Below the pieces are notes generated by a model. It worked only from the letters and a program-made list of their open reading frames with translations, did not search any database and was not told the DNA's origin. Shown one piece after another: positions 27,000 through 36,293 of a stretch of 64,000 nucleotides of DNA. The DNA comes from Eubacteriales bacterium (GTDB taxonomy: Bacteria; Bacillota; Clostridia; Oscillospirales; CAG-272): assembly GCA_045542035.1 (NCBI GenBank), contig JAZQKG010000013.1:12102-76101 (forward strand), written 5' to 3'. Each line of letters opens with the position of its first letter. Positions within the stretch are counted from its first letter, which is position 1. A program made the translations under genes and the position numbers.

Positions 27000-28289
27000 A
27001 TGTCAATAAATAAAAAAATGATTATCTGTAACATAGGATTTATTGCAATGTTTATTGCAGCATATTCTGTCAACAGAAACTTGATGATTGTTGCGGCAAT
27101 TATCCCTACAGCATTTATACTATTGAATAACAATTTGTTTTCAGGACTATCCGAGTTGTTTTTTTTGCTACCATTTTCGCAAACAATGACTATATCAATG
27201 GGGACAACGAGTTTATTTATGCTCCCCAAGTTAGCATTGATAGTTGTGTATTTTGTTAAAAACAAATTTCGTATAAACATCAGAATGTTCATGGCTTTGA
27301 TTACGTTACTTTTGTACTCACTATTAATAAACGGGCTTAAAACAAACTTTCCGATTATTCGTATTATGAACTTAATATTGTGGTTTTTGATAGCATTCAT
27401 TTTGTGCCAAACTATTAAGAAGGCAGATGATATGAAGATAACCTCTAGTTCGTTTGTTGTGGGTGTAATAGTATCTGGCATTATTGGAATATTGAAAGAT
27501 TATTTGCCTAATTTAGCAAGTGATTTGATCAGTGCTCAATATTTGAACGAATCAACAGGAAATATTGTTCAGCGATTTTCTGGCTTATGGAACGATCCTA
27601 ATGGGTATACGATATTTTTGATCTGCTCATTATTTGCGCTGTTTTGGTTATTAAACAATAAGTGCATAAAAGTTATTGGATTTGCAATTTTGGCAGCAAT
27701 GATAAGTGCATTGGGTATAATGACCCTATCAAAATCATGTGCGCTATTATTAATTATGTTTTGGGCATACTTCTTGATTTCAAACCAAGGTATGTCAATG
27801 AGACAAAAAATCGGTTCAGGACTTGTTTTTGTAGTATTATGTGTTCTTGGAGCTTCTTTGTATGAAAGCGAAGTATCGGAATTGATTTACAGATTTACAA
27901 GTTCTAATCAAAATGGCAGTGGTATTAACTTTGGCGCTCTAACAACTCACAGAAACACTATATGGGATGATTATGTTGATGCGATATGGCAAGGGGATTT
28001 TATTTTTGGACATGGTATTGATGCTCCTCTCGTGGGAGAATACGCTTGCCACAACACCTATTTGCAGTTGATATATGAGTGGGGTATCTTTGGTACGCTG
28101 ATTTATATTGCTATATGGGTGTGCATGATGAAAAAAGACGGAAATGTAAAACAAAATTATGTTCCACTTCTCTTTTTGCTTGTAACGATATTCTTTATCA
28201 GTTGTGTATATATTGAGAGCGTATATATTTTGTTGCCATTTATTTTATGTATAGGGGCTGTGCGTAAGGATGATGAAAAAGTTACTTAA
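27000..28289 (+). CDS. wzy: O-antigen/capsule repeat-unit polymerase (Wzy-like)
   Basis: 429 aa with about 10 or more hydrophobic segments. Carries the Wzy_C-type motif [15 protein letters not shown]. Confidence 0.7.
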   Translation: MSINKKMIICNIGFIAMFIAAYSVNRNLMIVAAIIPTAFILLNNNLFSGLSELFFLLPFSQTMTISMGTTSLFMLPKLALIVVYFVKNKFRINIRMFMALITLLLYSLLINGLKTNFPIIRIMNLILWFLIAFILCQTIKKADDMKITSSSFVVGVIVSGIIGILKDYLPNLASDLISAQYLNESTGNIVQRFSGLWNDPNGYTIFLICSLFALFWLLNNKCIKVIGFAILAAMISALGIMTLSKSCALLLIMFWAYFLISNQGMSMRQKIGSGLVFVVLCVLGASLYESEVSELIYRFTSSNQNGSGINFGALTTHRNTIWDDYVDAIWQGDFIFGHGIDAPLVGEYACHNTYLQLIYEWGIFGTLIYIAIWVCMMKKDGNVKQNYVPLLFLLVTIFFISCVYIESVYILLPFILCIGAVRKDDEKVT

Positions 28290-28749
28290 TGTGCTTTATA
28301 AGATGATTAATATACTTCCAGATAGAAATTGGAATATGAAACTGAAACATGCAGTGTTTAAGAGGTGTGTATGCTCTTGTGGATCTACAACTTTGGCACG
28401 GCGTGGTGCAATATTTTCTGCAGACTTGATTATTGGAAATAACTCCGGTATTGGAGAAAAATGTGTTGTTGCAGCGAAAACGATTATTGGAGACAATGTA
28501 ATAATGGCAAGAGAAGTAATCATAAATCCTGATAATCACATTACAAGTAGAACCGATATTCCTATGAACAGGCAGGGCATAACTCATAATACCGTTAGAA
28601 TCGAGGACGATGTTTGGATTGGCACCAGAGCAATAATATTGGCACCGAATAAAAACATAACAATATCCAGAGGATCTATAATTGCAGCTGGAGCTGTTGT
28701 TACAAAAGATGTCCCTCCGTATTGTATAGTGGGGGGGGGTACCTGCTAA
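28270..28749 (+). CDS. hexapeptide-repeat (LbH) sugar O-acetyltransferase, C-terminus truncated by frameshift in a G9 tract
   Basis: LbH repeats ([53 protein letters not shown]). Ends [11 protein letters not shown]. The -1 frame after the G tract reads [24 protein letters not shown] to 28807. Confidence 0.85.
   Translation: MMKKLLNVLYKMINILPDRNWNMKLKHAVFKRCVCSCGSTTLARRGAIFSADLIIGNNSGIGEKCVVAAKTIIGDNVIMAREVIINPDNHITSRTDIPMNRQGITHNTVRIEDDVWIGTRAIILAPNKNITISRGSIIAAGAVVTKDVPPYCIVGGGTC
28731..28739 (+). repeat. G9 homopolymer (candidate slipped-strand contingency tract or homopolymer sequencing error)
   Basis: Nine consecutive G read directly at 28731..28739. It is the only long G/C run I noticed in the AT-rich island. 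Confidence 0.9.
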
Positions 28750-28784
28750 GGTGATTAAACAAAGAATTAATGGGGTTTTAGAAA

Positions 28785-29948
28785 ATGAGGATATTGTTGA
28801 TCGTTGATGTTATTGATAATGGCGGAGTAGGTGTCGTTCTAAGAAATCTTTTGCATAACATTGAAACAAGCAAATATGAGATAGATGTATTGTCTTTTGA
28901 AGAAAAAAAAGAATATGAATCTCAGTTACCTAATACGATTCAAATAAGGAATGTATATAAGAGAAACCCTATGAAACACAGGGATAAGTACATTCGCTAC
29001 ATTTACAGCCTTTTACGCGAAATTTGTCCTAAGTGGGCTATTAGACGCTTTATTGTTAAAAAGAAATACGACTTAGCCATTGACTTCAAGGGAAATAATT
29101 TGAACGTACTGACAGCTAATAATTGCCCGAAGATATTTTGGAGCCATAAAGATTTTTCACCGATAACAAACCCGATTGAGAAAAAGGTCATTGAAGAATA
29201 TTCAAAGACAAGAAGTGGCGCAGAAAAAGAAAAACTGTTTTTGAGAAACTTGCGTATGATAGATGGGGTTGTTTGCATTTCAGAGGCTTGCAAAAAGGCT
29301 TTTATTGAGAGATGGGATTATCCAGAAGATAAAATCCATGTACTTTTGAATGTTCTTGATGTGAATGAAATAAAAAGCAAATCAATGGAAAAAGTAGAGT
29401 ATTCCAAAACTAGCAAGTTTACATTTTGCTGTATGTCCAGAATATCATCAGGAAAAGGTATTGAACGTCTTCTTAATTGCGTTAGCGTTCTTAATGGTAT
29501 GGGTTACTCCTTCGTGCTGAATATTGTTGGAGGTGGGGATACATTGGATGAAATGATATCTCTTGCAAAGTCTATGAATCTTGATAACGTGGCTTTCTTT
29601 GGCAATAAAGACAATCCCTATCCATATGTTGTTCAGTCTGACGTGTTTGTGTATCCATCTGAGACAGAAGCGTATGGCATGGCGGCATGTGAAGCCTTGA
29701 TTTTGGGCAAACCGATTATTACGACTAAAACAGCATCGGTTCCGGAGATTTTCGGAAACAGTGAATATGGACTCGTAGTGGAAAATTGTGAACAAGAAAT
29801 ACTTGCAGGTATGAAACGCTTTTTAGATGATCCAGAATTGGTAGATTTCTATCATACGCAAGCGGAAAAACGCTTAGAATATTTTGATGTTCAATCCCGG
29901 GCCAAAGCGGTAGAGGAGTATATAGATGAAATTGCAAAGAATACTTGA
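28785..29948 (+). CDS. glycosyltransferase family 4 (GT-B)
   Basis: 387 aa. GT-B E-x7-E region YPSETEAYGMAACEALILGKPIITT. Confidence 0.8.
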   Translation: MRILLIVDVIDNGGVGVVLRNLLHNIETSKYEIDVLSFEEKKEYESQLPNTIQIRNVYKRNPMKHRDKYIRYIYSLLREICPKWAIRRFIVKKKYDLAIDFKGNNLNVLTANNCPKIFWSHKDFSPITNPIEKKVIEEYSKTRSGAEKEKLFLRNLRMIDGVVCISEACKKAFIERWDYPEDKIHVLLNVLDVNEIKSKSMEKVEYSKTSKFTFCCMSRISSGKGIERLLNCVSVLNGMGYSFVLNIVGGGDTLDEMISLAKSMNLDNVAFFGNKDNPYPYVVQSDVFVYPSETEAYGMAACEALILGKPIITTKTASVPEIFGNSEYGLVVENCEQEILAGMKRFLDDPELVDFYHTQAEKRLEYFDVQSRAKAVEEYIDEIAKNT

Positions 29949-30840
29949 GCATTATCGCGAGGAAATGAATTATGAAGTTTTGTGGGATATAATGCTTTTT
30001 GATACAGAAAATTCAAATAATAAAGTTGTTGTAAAAGAACCTGCCAGCAGATTTTGGGGGGCAGATCCGTTTCTTTTTGCTCAGGATGGTCGTAAATATC
30101 TATTCTATGAGCAATATGATAGGAAAAGAAAGAAAGGCGTAATTGCATATCGAGAAATAACTAACAATGGAAGCTACACTTTATCAGAACCATACGTTAT
30201 AATTGAAGAAGATTTCCATATGTCATTCCCTTATATATTCCAAAGGAACGACGATATATATATGATACCCGAGACATCAAGTGTTGGTGAAATTAGGCTT
30301 TATCGAGCTGAAGGCTTTCCGAACCAATGGGTTTACGAAAAAACAATTGTTTCGAATTTCCCGGGAGTAGATACAATCGTACTGCAAAATAATGAGAAGT
30401 TGATTTTACACAGTTCGGTAGGCGATTCTTGCAATGTTGAAAATTATCTACTGGAATGTGACAAAGACTTCTCATGTGTACGAAAATATAAGATTAAAGA
30501 TTATTCCGAACGAGGTAATCGCAACGCCGGCAGAATAGTAAAAAGAAATGGGAAAGAATATAGAATTGGACAAGATTGCAGTGGCAAGGAATATGGTAAA
30601 GGTTTAATAGCATACGAAATTACATCCTCAAGATCAGAGGTGGAGAAGGATGTGTTTTCGTATGATAGATTTCTGGAAACCGATGAATACTGTGGCGTAC
30701 ATACCTATAATGAATGTAATGGAACGAGTGTTATTGACCTGAAATATTTGATGCCCAAGCCAATATACAAAAAAATTGGCTTTATTGTAGTGAAAGCGTG
30801 GGGAGCAATTAAAAGAAAGGTAAGAAGAATTTTCAAATGA
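29926..30840 (+). CDS. conserved-looking soluble protein of unknown function (WGADPF motif, possibly beta-propeller-like)
   Basis: 304 aa. SD GAGGAG lies 7 nt before the ATG. Overlaps the upstream gene by 23 nt. Motifs WGADPFLFAQDG..YLFYEQY and MIPETS. No confident family call. Confidence 0.6.
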   Translation: MKLQRILEHYREEMNYEVLWDIMLFDTENSNNKVVVKEPASRFWGADPFLFAQDGRKYLFYEQYDRKRKKGVIAYREITNNGSYTLSEPYVIIEEDFHMSFPYIFQRNDDIYMIPETSSVGEIRLYRAEGFPNQWVYEKTIVSNFPGVDTIVLQNNEKLILHSSVGDSCNVENYLLECDKDFSCVRKYKIKDYSERGNRNAGRIVKRNGKEYRIGQDCSGKEYGKGLIAYEITSSRSEVEKDVFSYDRFLETDEYCGVHTYNECNGTSVIDLKYLMPKPIYKKIGFIVVKAWGAIKRKVRRIFK

Positions 30841-31883
30841 GCGAATTACAAGTTAGATTTTACGAGAATATAGAAGACTTCTACACAGCTATTTCCGGGA
30901 TTTCGGAGGATGTTACACTTAACACACCTTTCCAATATGAAGATTGGCAAAGACAACTTTTTGCTGAACATAGGGCAATAAGAAGTAGAATTCCTTATAT
31001 AGGAGCAATCTTGTATCGTGGGAATAATCCGATTCTCGGCGGTCATTTCTTTGTTAAAAAGAGTGGTAAAAGAAAAGGAATTTTTTTGCTTGGTAGTGGT
31101 GGAGAAACAGATTATTATGACTTAATTTATTTTTCGCCGGAAGCTTCTGAAGAATATATAGAAATTTTTCTCGACCAAGTAGCGCAAAAAAATAATTGTA
31201 GTGACTTTACTTTCATGCAAATTCCCGATGAATCATTATTATCAAATTGGGCAAAGCAACGTTGTATAGAGCCGTATTATGTAAATGAATGCGCATGGGT
31301 GAGATTACAAGATAGTTTTGAAGAACATTTGGCTTCACTTTCCAAAAGTGTTCGTCAGAATATTAGAACAGCTAATAACCGCCTGACAAAAGATGAACAT
31401 ATCACAACACTTGATATTTATGATGAAACAGAACTGCCATTCGACAAGATTAAAGACATTCTTGATTTATATGAGTCGAGAAGAAAGAAAAAAAATGAAA
31501 CAAGAACCGTGAAAACATGGATTAGAGAACAACTCAGAGAACATAATAAGAGAAAATATCATATTATTTCAGAAGCGATGAAGAATATGGAAGGGAAATT
31601 TCTTGCGGTGTATAACATTGATTCCCAAATAGCTGCATATTGTTTCGGGTTGAAAAATAGAACAGGGTTGAGTGTTTGTATTATGCAGGTAGCAATCAAT
31701 GATGATTATAACAAATATTCTCCGGGTATGCTTCTGCTCGTTGAGGTGTTTAAGAAAATAATGGAACAAAAAGAAGGACAAAATTTCCTTTTTGATTTAA
31801 CAAATGGAAATGAAAAATACAAATACTCATTAGGTGCAGTATCACACTATACAAATTATTACAAGTTTGGCTTGAACAAATAG
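30837..31883 (+). CDS. FemAB-fold / CelD(BcsL)-like GNAT-superfamily acyl- or aminoacyl-transferase
   Basis: 348 aa. Size and C-terminal pattern (FLAVYN, SPGMLLL, GNEKYKYSLGA) resemble the CelD-like acetyltransferase family. Called by resemblance only. Confidence 0.5.
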   Translation: MSELQVRFYENIEDFYTAISGISEDVTLNTPFQYEDWQRQLFAEHRAIRSRIPYIGAILYRGNNPILGGHFFVKKSGKRKGIFLLGSGGETDYYDLIYFSPEASEEYIEIFLDQVAQKNNCSDFTFMQIPDESLLSNWAKQRCIEPYYVNECAWVRLQDSFEEHLASLSKSVRQNIRTANNRLTKDEHITTLDIYDETELPFDKIKDILDLYESRRKKKNETRTVKTWIREQLREHNKRKYHIISEAMKNMEGKFLAVYNIDSQIAAYCFGLKNRTGLSVCIMQVAINDDYNKYSPGMLLLVEVFKKIMEQKEGQNFLFDLTNGNEKYKYSLGAVSHYTNYYKFGLNK

Positions 31884-31905
31884 ATTAGAAACAAGGGGAT
31901 TACAT

Positions 31906-33447
31906 ATGAGAGAAAATAGATCAGCGGGAATCAATATGATAATCGCCACAAGTTTAACTATGGTCGCAAAATTAATAGCGATTGTAAGACAAATGGTTCT
32001 AACATATTACTATGGAGCCGGTGCGGTAAGTGATGCATACTTATTAGCTCAATCCATACCGAACACTTTATTTTTGATAGTGAGCACCGCAATAGGTGTC
32101 AGTTTTATACCAGTGTATTCAAAGGTAGATAAAGAGGAAGGCGAGATGGCAGCGAAAAAATTTGTCAACAATATGATGTCTATTGTTCTGCTGTTAGCAA
32201 GCATAATTGTTGTTGCTGTTTTGCTTCTTTCAAAACAAATTATCTATATTTTTGCTTCGGGATTTGATGCTGAAACAAGTGAAATAGCTTCTCAATTTTT
32301 AAGAATAAGCATATTTGGAATCTTCTTTGTTGGCATGGCGGGTATATTAAGCTCCTACCAAAAAATAAAAAATGATTACTTTTCACCATCAATTATAGGA
32401 ATTGCATTAAGCCTTGTAGAAATTGCTTCTTGTGTAATTGCTGTTCGCACTTCGGACACGCTATTGGCGGTAGGTATATTAATTGCAAATGTTGTTCAAT
32501 GGATAATACTTGCTGTCGCAGCCCTAAAAAAAGGCTACTGCTACAAACCTGTATTGAACCTTCGCTCTAAATATATAAAGATGGCAGTTATGATGTCATT
32601 CCCAATTATGTTAGGGTTGGGTGCAGACGAAATAAATGTAATTGTTGATAGGACAATTGCCTCAACATTCGATCAAGGAAGCATATCATCATTAACATAT
32701 GCCAACACAATTGTTTCCATAGTACATACGCTTATTTCTGTTTCCATAAATTCAGTTGTATTTGTAGAAGTATCTAGATATGCCTCTGAAGGAAATAAAG
32801 ACGCTGTTGTAAAAGAAGTGAGTTCAGGAATCAACAAATTATTGGTGATTCTTGTTCCTGCGACATTTGGAATGATTGCTTATGCGGAGCCAATCGTTAG
32901 ATGTTTATATGAAAGAGGTAATTTTTCTCCGGAGCATACCGCACTCACAGCAGGAATTATGATATGTTATTCATTATACATTGTTCCTAATGGAATTAGG
33001 ATTGTTGTTCAATCGTACTATTACGCATACGGGAAAACAAAATTCTGTATGTACGCGGGTTTAATTGCTGTAGCAATAAATATAATATTTAATATAATTC
33101 TATCAAAGAGCATTGGTATTAATGGGTTAGCGCTCGCAACTACATTGGGAATATATGCATCTTCCATAGTCTTGTTCGTTGGTTTTGTTATAAAAAACAA
33201 TCCCTTCTCTTGTGGTAATATGATAAAGCTGTTAATTAAAACGATTGTAGGTAGCGTTATTATGATAATTTCTTCAGTAACGCTTTATCGGATATTAATG
33301 ACGGTTATTCCAGAAATTTTTGCTTTGATTTTGGGCGTTTTAGTTGCAGTATCTGTTTATGCTATTTATGCAATCAGTGTAAAAATAATATCAGTGTCCG
33401 AAATTACTGATTACTTGAAAAGACACAGAAAAAGAGGATTAAGATGA
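31906..33447 (+). CDS. MOP-superfamily flippase, MurJ/MviN-like (functional Wzx of the locus)
   Basis: 513 aa with about 14 TM segments. MurJ-type N-terminus VRQMVLTYYYGAGAVSDAYLLAQSIPN. Confidence 0.75.
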   Translation: MRENRSAGINMIIATSLTMVAKLIAIVRQMVLTYYYGAGAVSDAYLLAQSIPNTLFLIVSTAIGVSFIPVYSKVDKEEGEMAAKKFVNNMMSIVLLLASIIVVAVLLLSKQIIYIFASGFDAETSEIASQFLRISIFGIFFVGMAGILSSYQKIKNDYFSPSIIGIALSLVEIASCVIAVRTSDTLLAVGILIANVVQWIILAVAALKKGYCYKPVLNLRSKYIKMAVMMSFPIMLGLGADEINVIVDRTIASTFDQGSISSLTYANTIVSIVHTLISVSINSVVFVEVSRYASEGNKDAVVKEVSSGINKLLVILVPATFGMIAYAEPIVRCLYERGNFSPEHTALTAGIMICYSLYIVPNGIRIVVQSYYYAYGKTKFCMYAGLIAVAINIIFNIILSKSIGINGLALATTLGIYASSIVLFVGFVIKNNPFSCGNMIKLLIKTIVGSVIMIISSVTLYRILMTVIPEIFALILGVLVAVSVYAIYAISVKIISVSEITDYLKRHRKRGLR

Positions 33448-34088
33448 GTGTTTTTGCGAAATTAATGTATAAGGTTAAAAGATATACAAAATCCAGAAAA
33501 GACACCTTGCTATTTTACAAACTACGTAAATTGTCCGATAACAATTATTCTGTGAACGAAGAATATCAATTTGTAAGAATCAATGATTTTAAAGGACTTG
33601 AAATGTTTTCTAAAGAACAAGAGGATGGTTTGAGTTGTTTAGTTAATAATGATTGTCAAAATCGTTTTAATAATGGCTCTACATTGATTGTTGCAATGCA
33701 AGGGAAAGAATGGGTGTCATATGGATGGTTGACAAAACAGAGTAATTTTTGGATTGCTGAAATTGACTATGTTATTGACATTGCAAATTCAAAAGTTCGA
33801 TTGCTCTACGACTTTCAGACAAGAGAAAAGTATAGGGGCTTAGGGATATATCCGCTATTAATTAGGTATATAGTTCAAATGCAGCCAGAATTGGAATGCT
33901 TAATCTATTGTTACGAAACCAATATTTCTAGTAAGCGTGGAATAGAGAAGGCAGGCGGAGAATTAGAATGCAAATTACAGCATAAAAGGAAAAATGTTAC
34001 GGACTATTTTTCTTTGTATCGCATTCGAGTATTAGGAAGTAAATACCGTTATTTAGGTTTGAAATACGCAAAGCAAGAAGGAAGATAA
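33444..34088 (+). CDS. GNAT-type N-acetyltransferase
   Basis: 214 aa. Motif A QTREKYRGLGIYPLLIRYIV. Start overlaps the upstream stop. Confidence 0.6.
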   Translation: MSVFAKLMYKVKRYTKSRKDTLLFYKLRKLSDNNYSVNEEYQFVRINDFKGLEMFSKEQEDGLSCLVNNDCQNRFNNGSTLIVAMQGKEWVSYGWLTKQSNFWIAEIDYVIDIANSKVRLLYDFQTREKYRGLGIYPLLIRYIVQMQPELECLIYCYETNISSKRGIEKAGGELECKLQHKRKNVTDYFSLYRIRVLGSKYRYLGLKYAKQEGR

Positions 34089-35278
34089 TGATGAAAATAG
34101 CCTTAGTAATGACATCGTTAAATACAGGTGGTATTGCAACCTCTGTTGTAAATTTATTGAATGAAATATCTAAGGATGACAACTGCTCGGTAGATTTAAT
34201 CCTGTTTCATAAACAACCTAAAGACATCGAGATTTTGCCTGATAATATCGAAGTGTTATCTCCTGGGAAATGGGCTGAATTAATTGCAATTTCCAATTCC
34301 GAGGCAAGAAAGATGGGATTGAGATATTTAGTTTTTCGCTATATTCTTGGCGGAATATGCAAGTTTTTTGGTCATGGATTAGCTTACAAATTGGTCTTAG
34401 CTTTTTCTAGGAAATATCATAATTATGATGTTGCCATTTCGTGTACTCAATCAGCTCCATTACATAATTTGTATGGTGGGTGCAACGAATTTGTATTACA
34501 CAACATTGGTTCAAAAAGAAAGATTGCGTATATCCATTGCGATTATATTACATATGGAATTAACGATAAATATAGCCATAATATTTATCAGCGTTTTGAT
34601 AAGATTGCCGTCGTGTCTGATAGTGTTGGTAGGGTATTCCTTTCCGAGGAGCCGGGCTTCAAAGAAAAAACATTCACGGTGAGAAACTGTCATAATATGG
34701 AAAGAATCCTAGAATTGTCCAAACAAAACACTGTCGAGTTTTCAGATGATGAACTTAACATTATAACGGTGGCACGAATGGGCAAGGAAAAAGGACATAT
34801 AAGGGCTCTGGCTGCTATGAAAGCCCTAAAAGATAAAGACATTAAATTCAAGTGGCATCTTGTTGGTGGAGATAAAGATCAGTCTCCATTGAATTTTATG
34901 GAAAAAATCAATGAATATGGATTAGATGACTATGTTTTTTTTCACGGAATTCAGCACAATCCATATCGATTTATGGTCAATGCGGATTTTTTGCTTGTCC
35001 CTTCCTTTCATGAAGCTGCACCCATGGTTTTTGATGAAGCGAGATTTCTTCAACTACCTATTTTGACAACAAAAACCGTTTCTGCAGTTGAAATGGTTGA
35101 AGCATTAAATATAGGTCTTGTATGCGAAAATGATGATAAGGCTTTAGCTAATGCAATCTATTATTTAGCGACTCATCGAGAGGTATTATCTCGGTATAAA
35201 GAAAATTGCGCTCATCACCCAATGGATAATAAATTAGCATTAGAACAATTTATGACTATTATTGGAGAAACAAAATGA
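34088..35278 (+). CDS. glycosyltransferase family 4 (GT-B)
   Basis: 396 aa. Motifs VARMGKEKG and VPSFHEAAPMVFDEARFLQLPILTT. Confidence 0.8.
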   Translation: MMKIALVMTSLNTGGIATSVVNLLNEISKDDNCSVDLILFHKQPKDIEILPDNIEVLSPGKWAELIAISNSEARKMGLRYLVFRYILGGICKFFGHGLAYKLVLAFSRKYHNYDVAISCTQSAPLHNLYGGCNEFVLHNIGSKRKIAYIHCDYITYGINDKYSHNIYQRFDKIAVVSDSVGRVFLSEEPGFKEKTFTVRNCHNMERILELSKQNTVEFSDDELNIITVARMGKEKGHIRALAAMKALKDKDIKFKWHLVGGDKDQSPLNFMEKINEYGLDDYVFFHGIQHNPYRFMVNADFLLVPSFHEAAPMVFDEARFLQLPILTTKTVSAVEMVEALNIGLVCENDDKALANAIYYLATHREVLSRYKENCAHHPMDNKLALEQFMTIIGETK

Positions 35279-36273
35279 TTATAACAAAAACACCGTTCCG
35301 GATGTCGTTCTTTGGCGGCGGAACGGATATGGAGAGTTTTTTTAGAGACAATAGCGGCGCTGTATTGTCAACTACTTTTGATAAGTATTGTTACGTTAAC
35401 GTTCGTCATTTGCCGAGATTTTTTGATTATTCAACTGAATTATCATATTCAAGAACAGAACGAGTTACTGATATATCTGCAATTCAGCATCCGGCAATCC
35501 GTAACGCAATGCAGATGCTAGATATGCATGAGATTCGCCTTACATATGAGGCAGACTTGCCTGCTCGATCTGGACTTGGGACAAGCAGCTCTTTTGCCGT
35601 TGGTATGCTCAATGCTTTTTATGCCTTGAAAGGTAAATATGCAGACAAGAAAAAACTTGCGAACGAGGCAATTTATTTAGAGCGTGTTTTGTGCAATGAA
35701 GCAGGTGGTTGGCAAGATCAAATTGCTGCAGCATATGGTGGATTGAACCGTATCAATTTCAATGCTGATGGGTATGAAGTATTACCTGTTATCATATCTC
35801 CTGAAAGAAAAAAACAGTTAAATGATAATCTGTTGATGTTTTTTACAGGATTTACACGTTTTTCATCGGAAGTTCAGAAAACCAATAATGTTTCCGCTAG
35901 TGAGAAAAGGAATCAATTAAAAGAGATGTACCTATTGGTTGATGAGGCTGAAAAAGTGCTTACCGACAGTAAATCAGAACTTGACGATTTTGGCAGATTG
36001 CTTGACCACACGTGGAACTTAAAGAAACAAACAGGCTCATCCATTTCAACTAGCGCAATAGATGAATTCTATGAAAAAGGAATGAAAGCCGGAGCTTTGG
36101 GTGGAAAACTTCTTGGAGCTGGTGGCGGTGGTTTTCTTGTGTTTTATGTTCAACCAGAATATAAAGATTCAGTAATGAGAGCAATGCAAGAATTGATGTA
36201 TATCCCATTTTCTTTTGAAAATGGTGGCACAAGAGTTATTCATTATAGTCCGGAAACTTATATCCCACGTTGA
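35275..36273 (+). CDS. hddA: D-glycero-alpha-D-manno-heptose 7-phosphate kinase (GHMP kinase)
   Basis: 332 aa. GHMP motifs PARSGLGTSSSF and GGKLLGAGGGGF. Adjacent to the other heptose genes. Confidence 0.75.
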   Translation: MIITKTPFRMSFFGGGTDMESFFRDNSGAVLSTTFDKYCYVNVRHLPRFFDYSTELSYSRTERVTDISAIQHPAIRNAMQMLDMHEIRLTYEADLPARSGLGTSSSFAVGMLNAFYALKGKYADKKKLANEAIYLERVLCNEAGGWQDQIAAAYGGLNRINFNADGYEVLPVIISPERKKQLNDNLLMFFTGFTRFSSEVQKTNNVSASEKRNQLKEMYLLVDEAEKVLTDSKSELDDFGRLLDHTWNLKKQTGSSISTSAIDEFYEKGMKAGALGGKLLGAGGGGFLVFYVQPEYKDSVMRAMQELMYIPFSFENGGTRVIHYSPETYIPR

Positions 36274-36293
36274 AAAGTGGTGTTTGTTAGGAG

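Noticed and set aside
27159-34942. A8/T8 homopolymers inside island genes (T8 27159..27166 in wzy, A8 28903..28910, A8 31488..31495, T8 34935..34942), considered as further phase-variation tracts
   Set aside because: All are in frame as given. Runs of 7-8 A/T are expected by chance in DNA this AT-rich. Unlike the G9 tract, no alternative frame gives a better protein.
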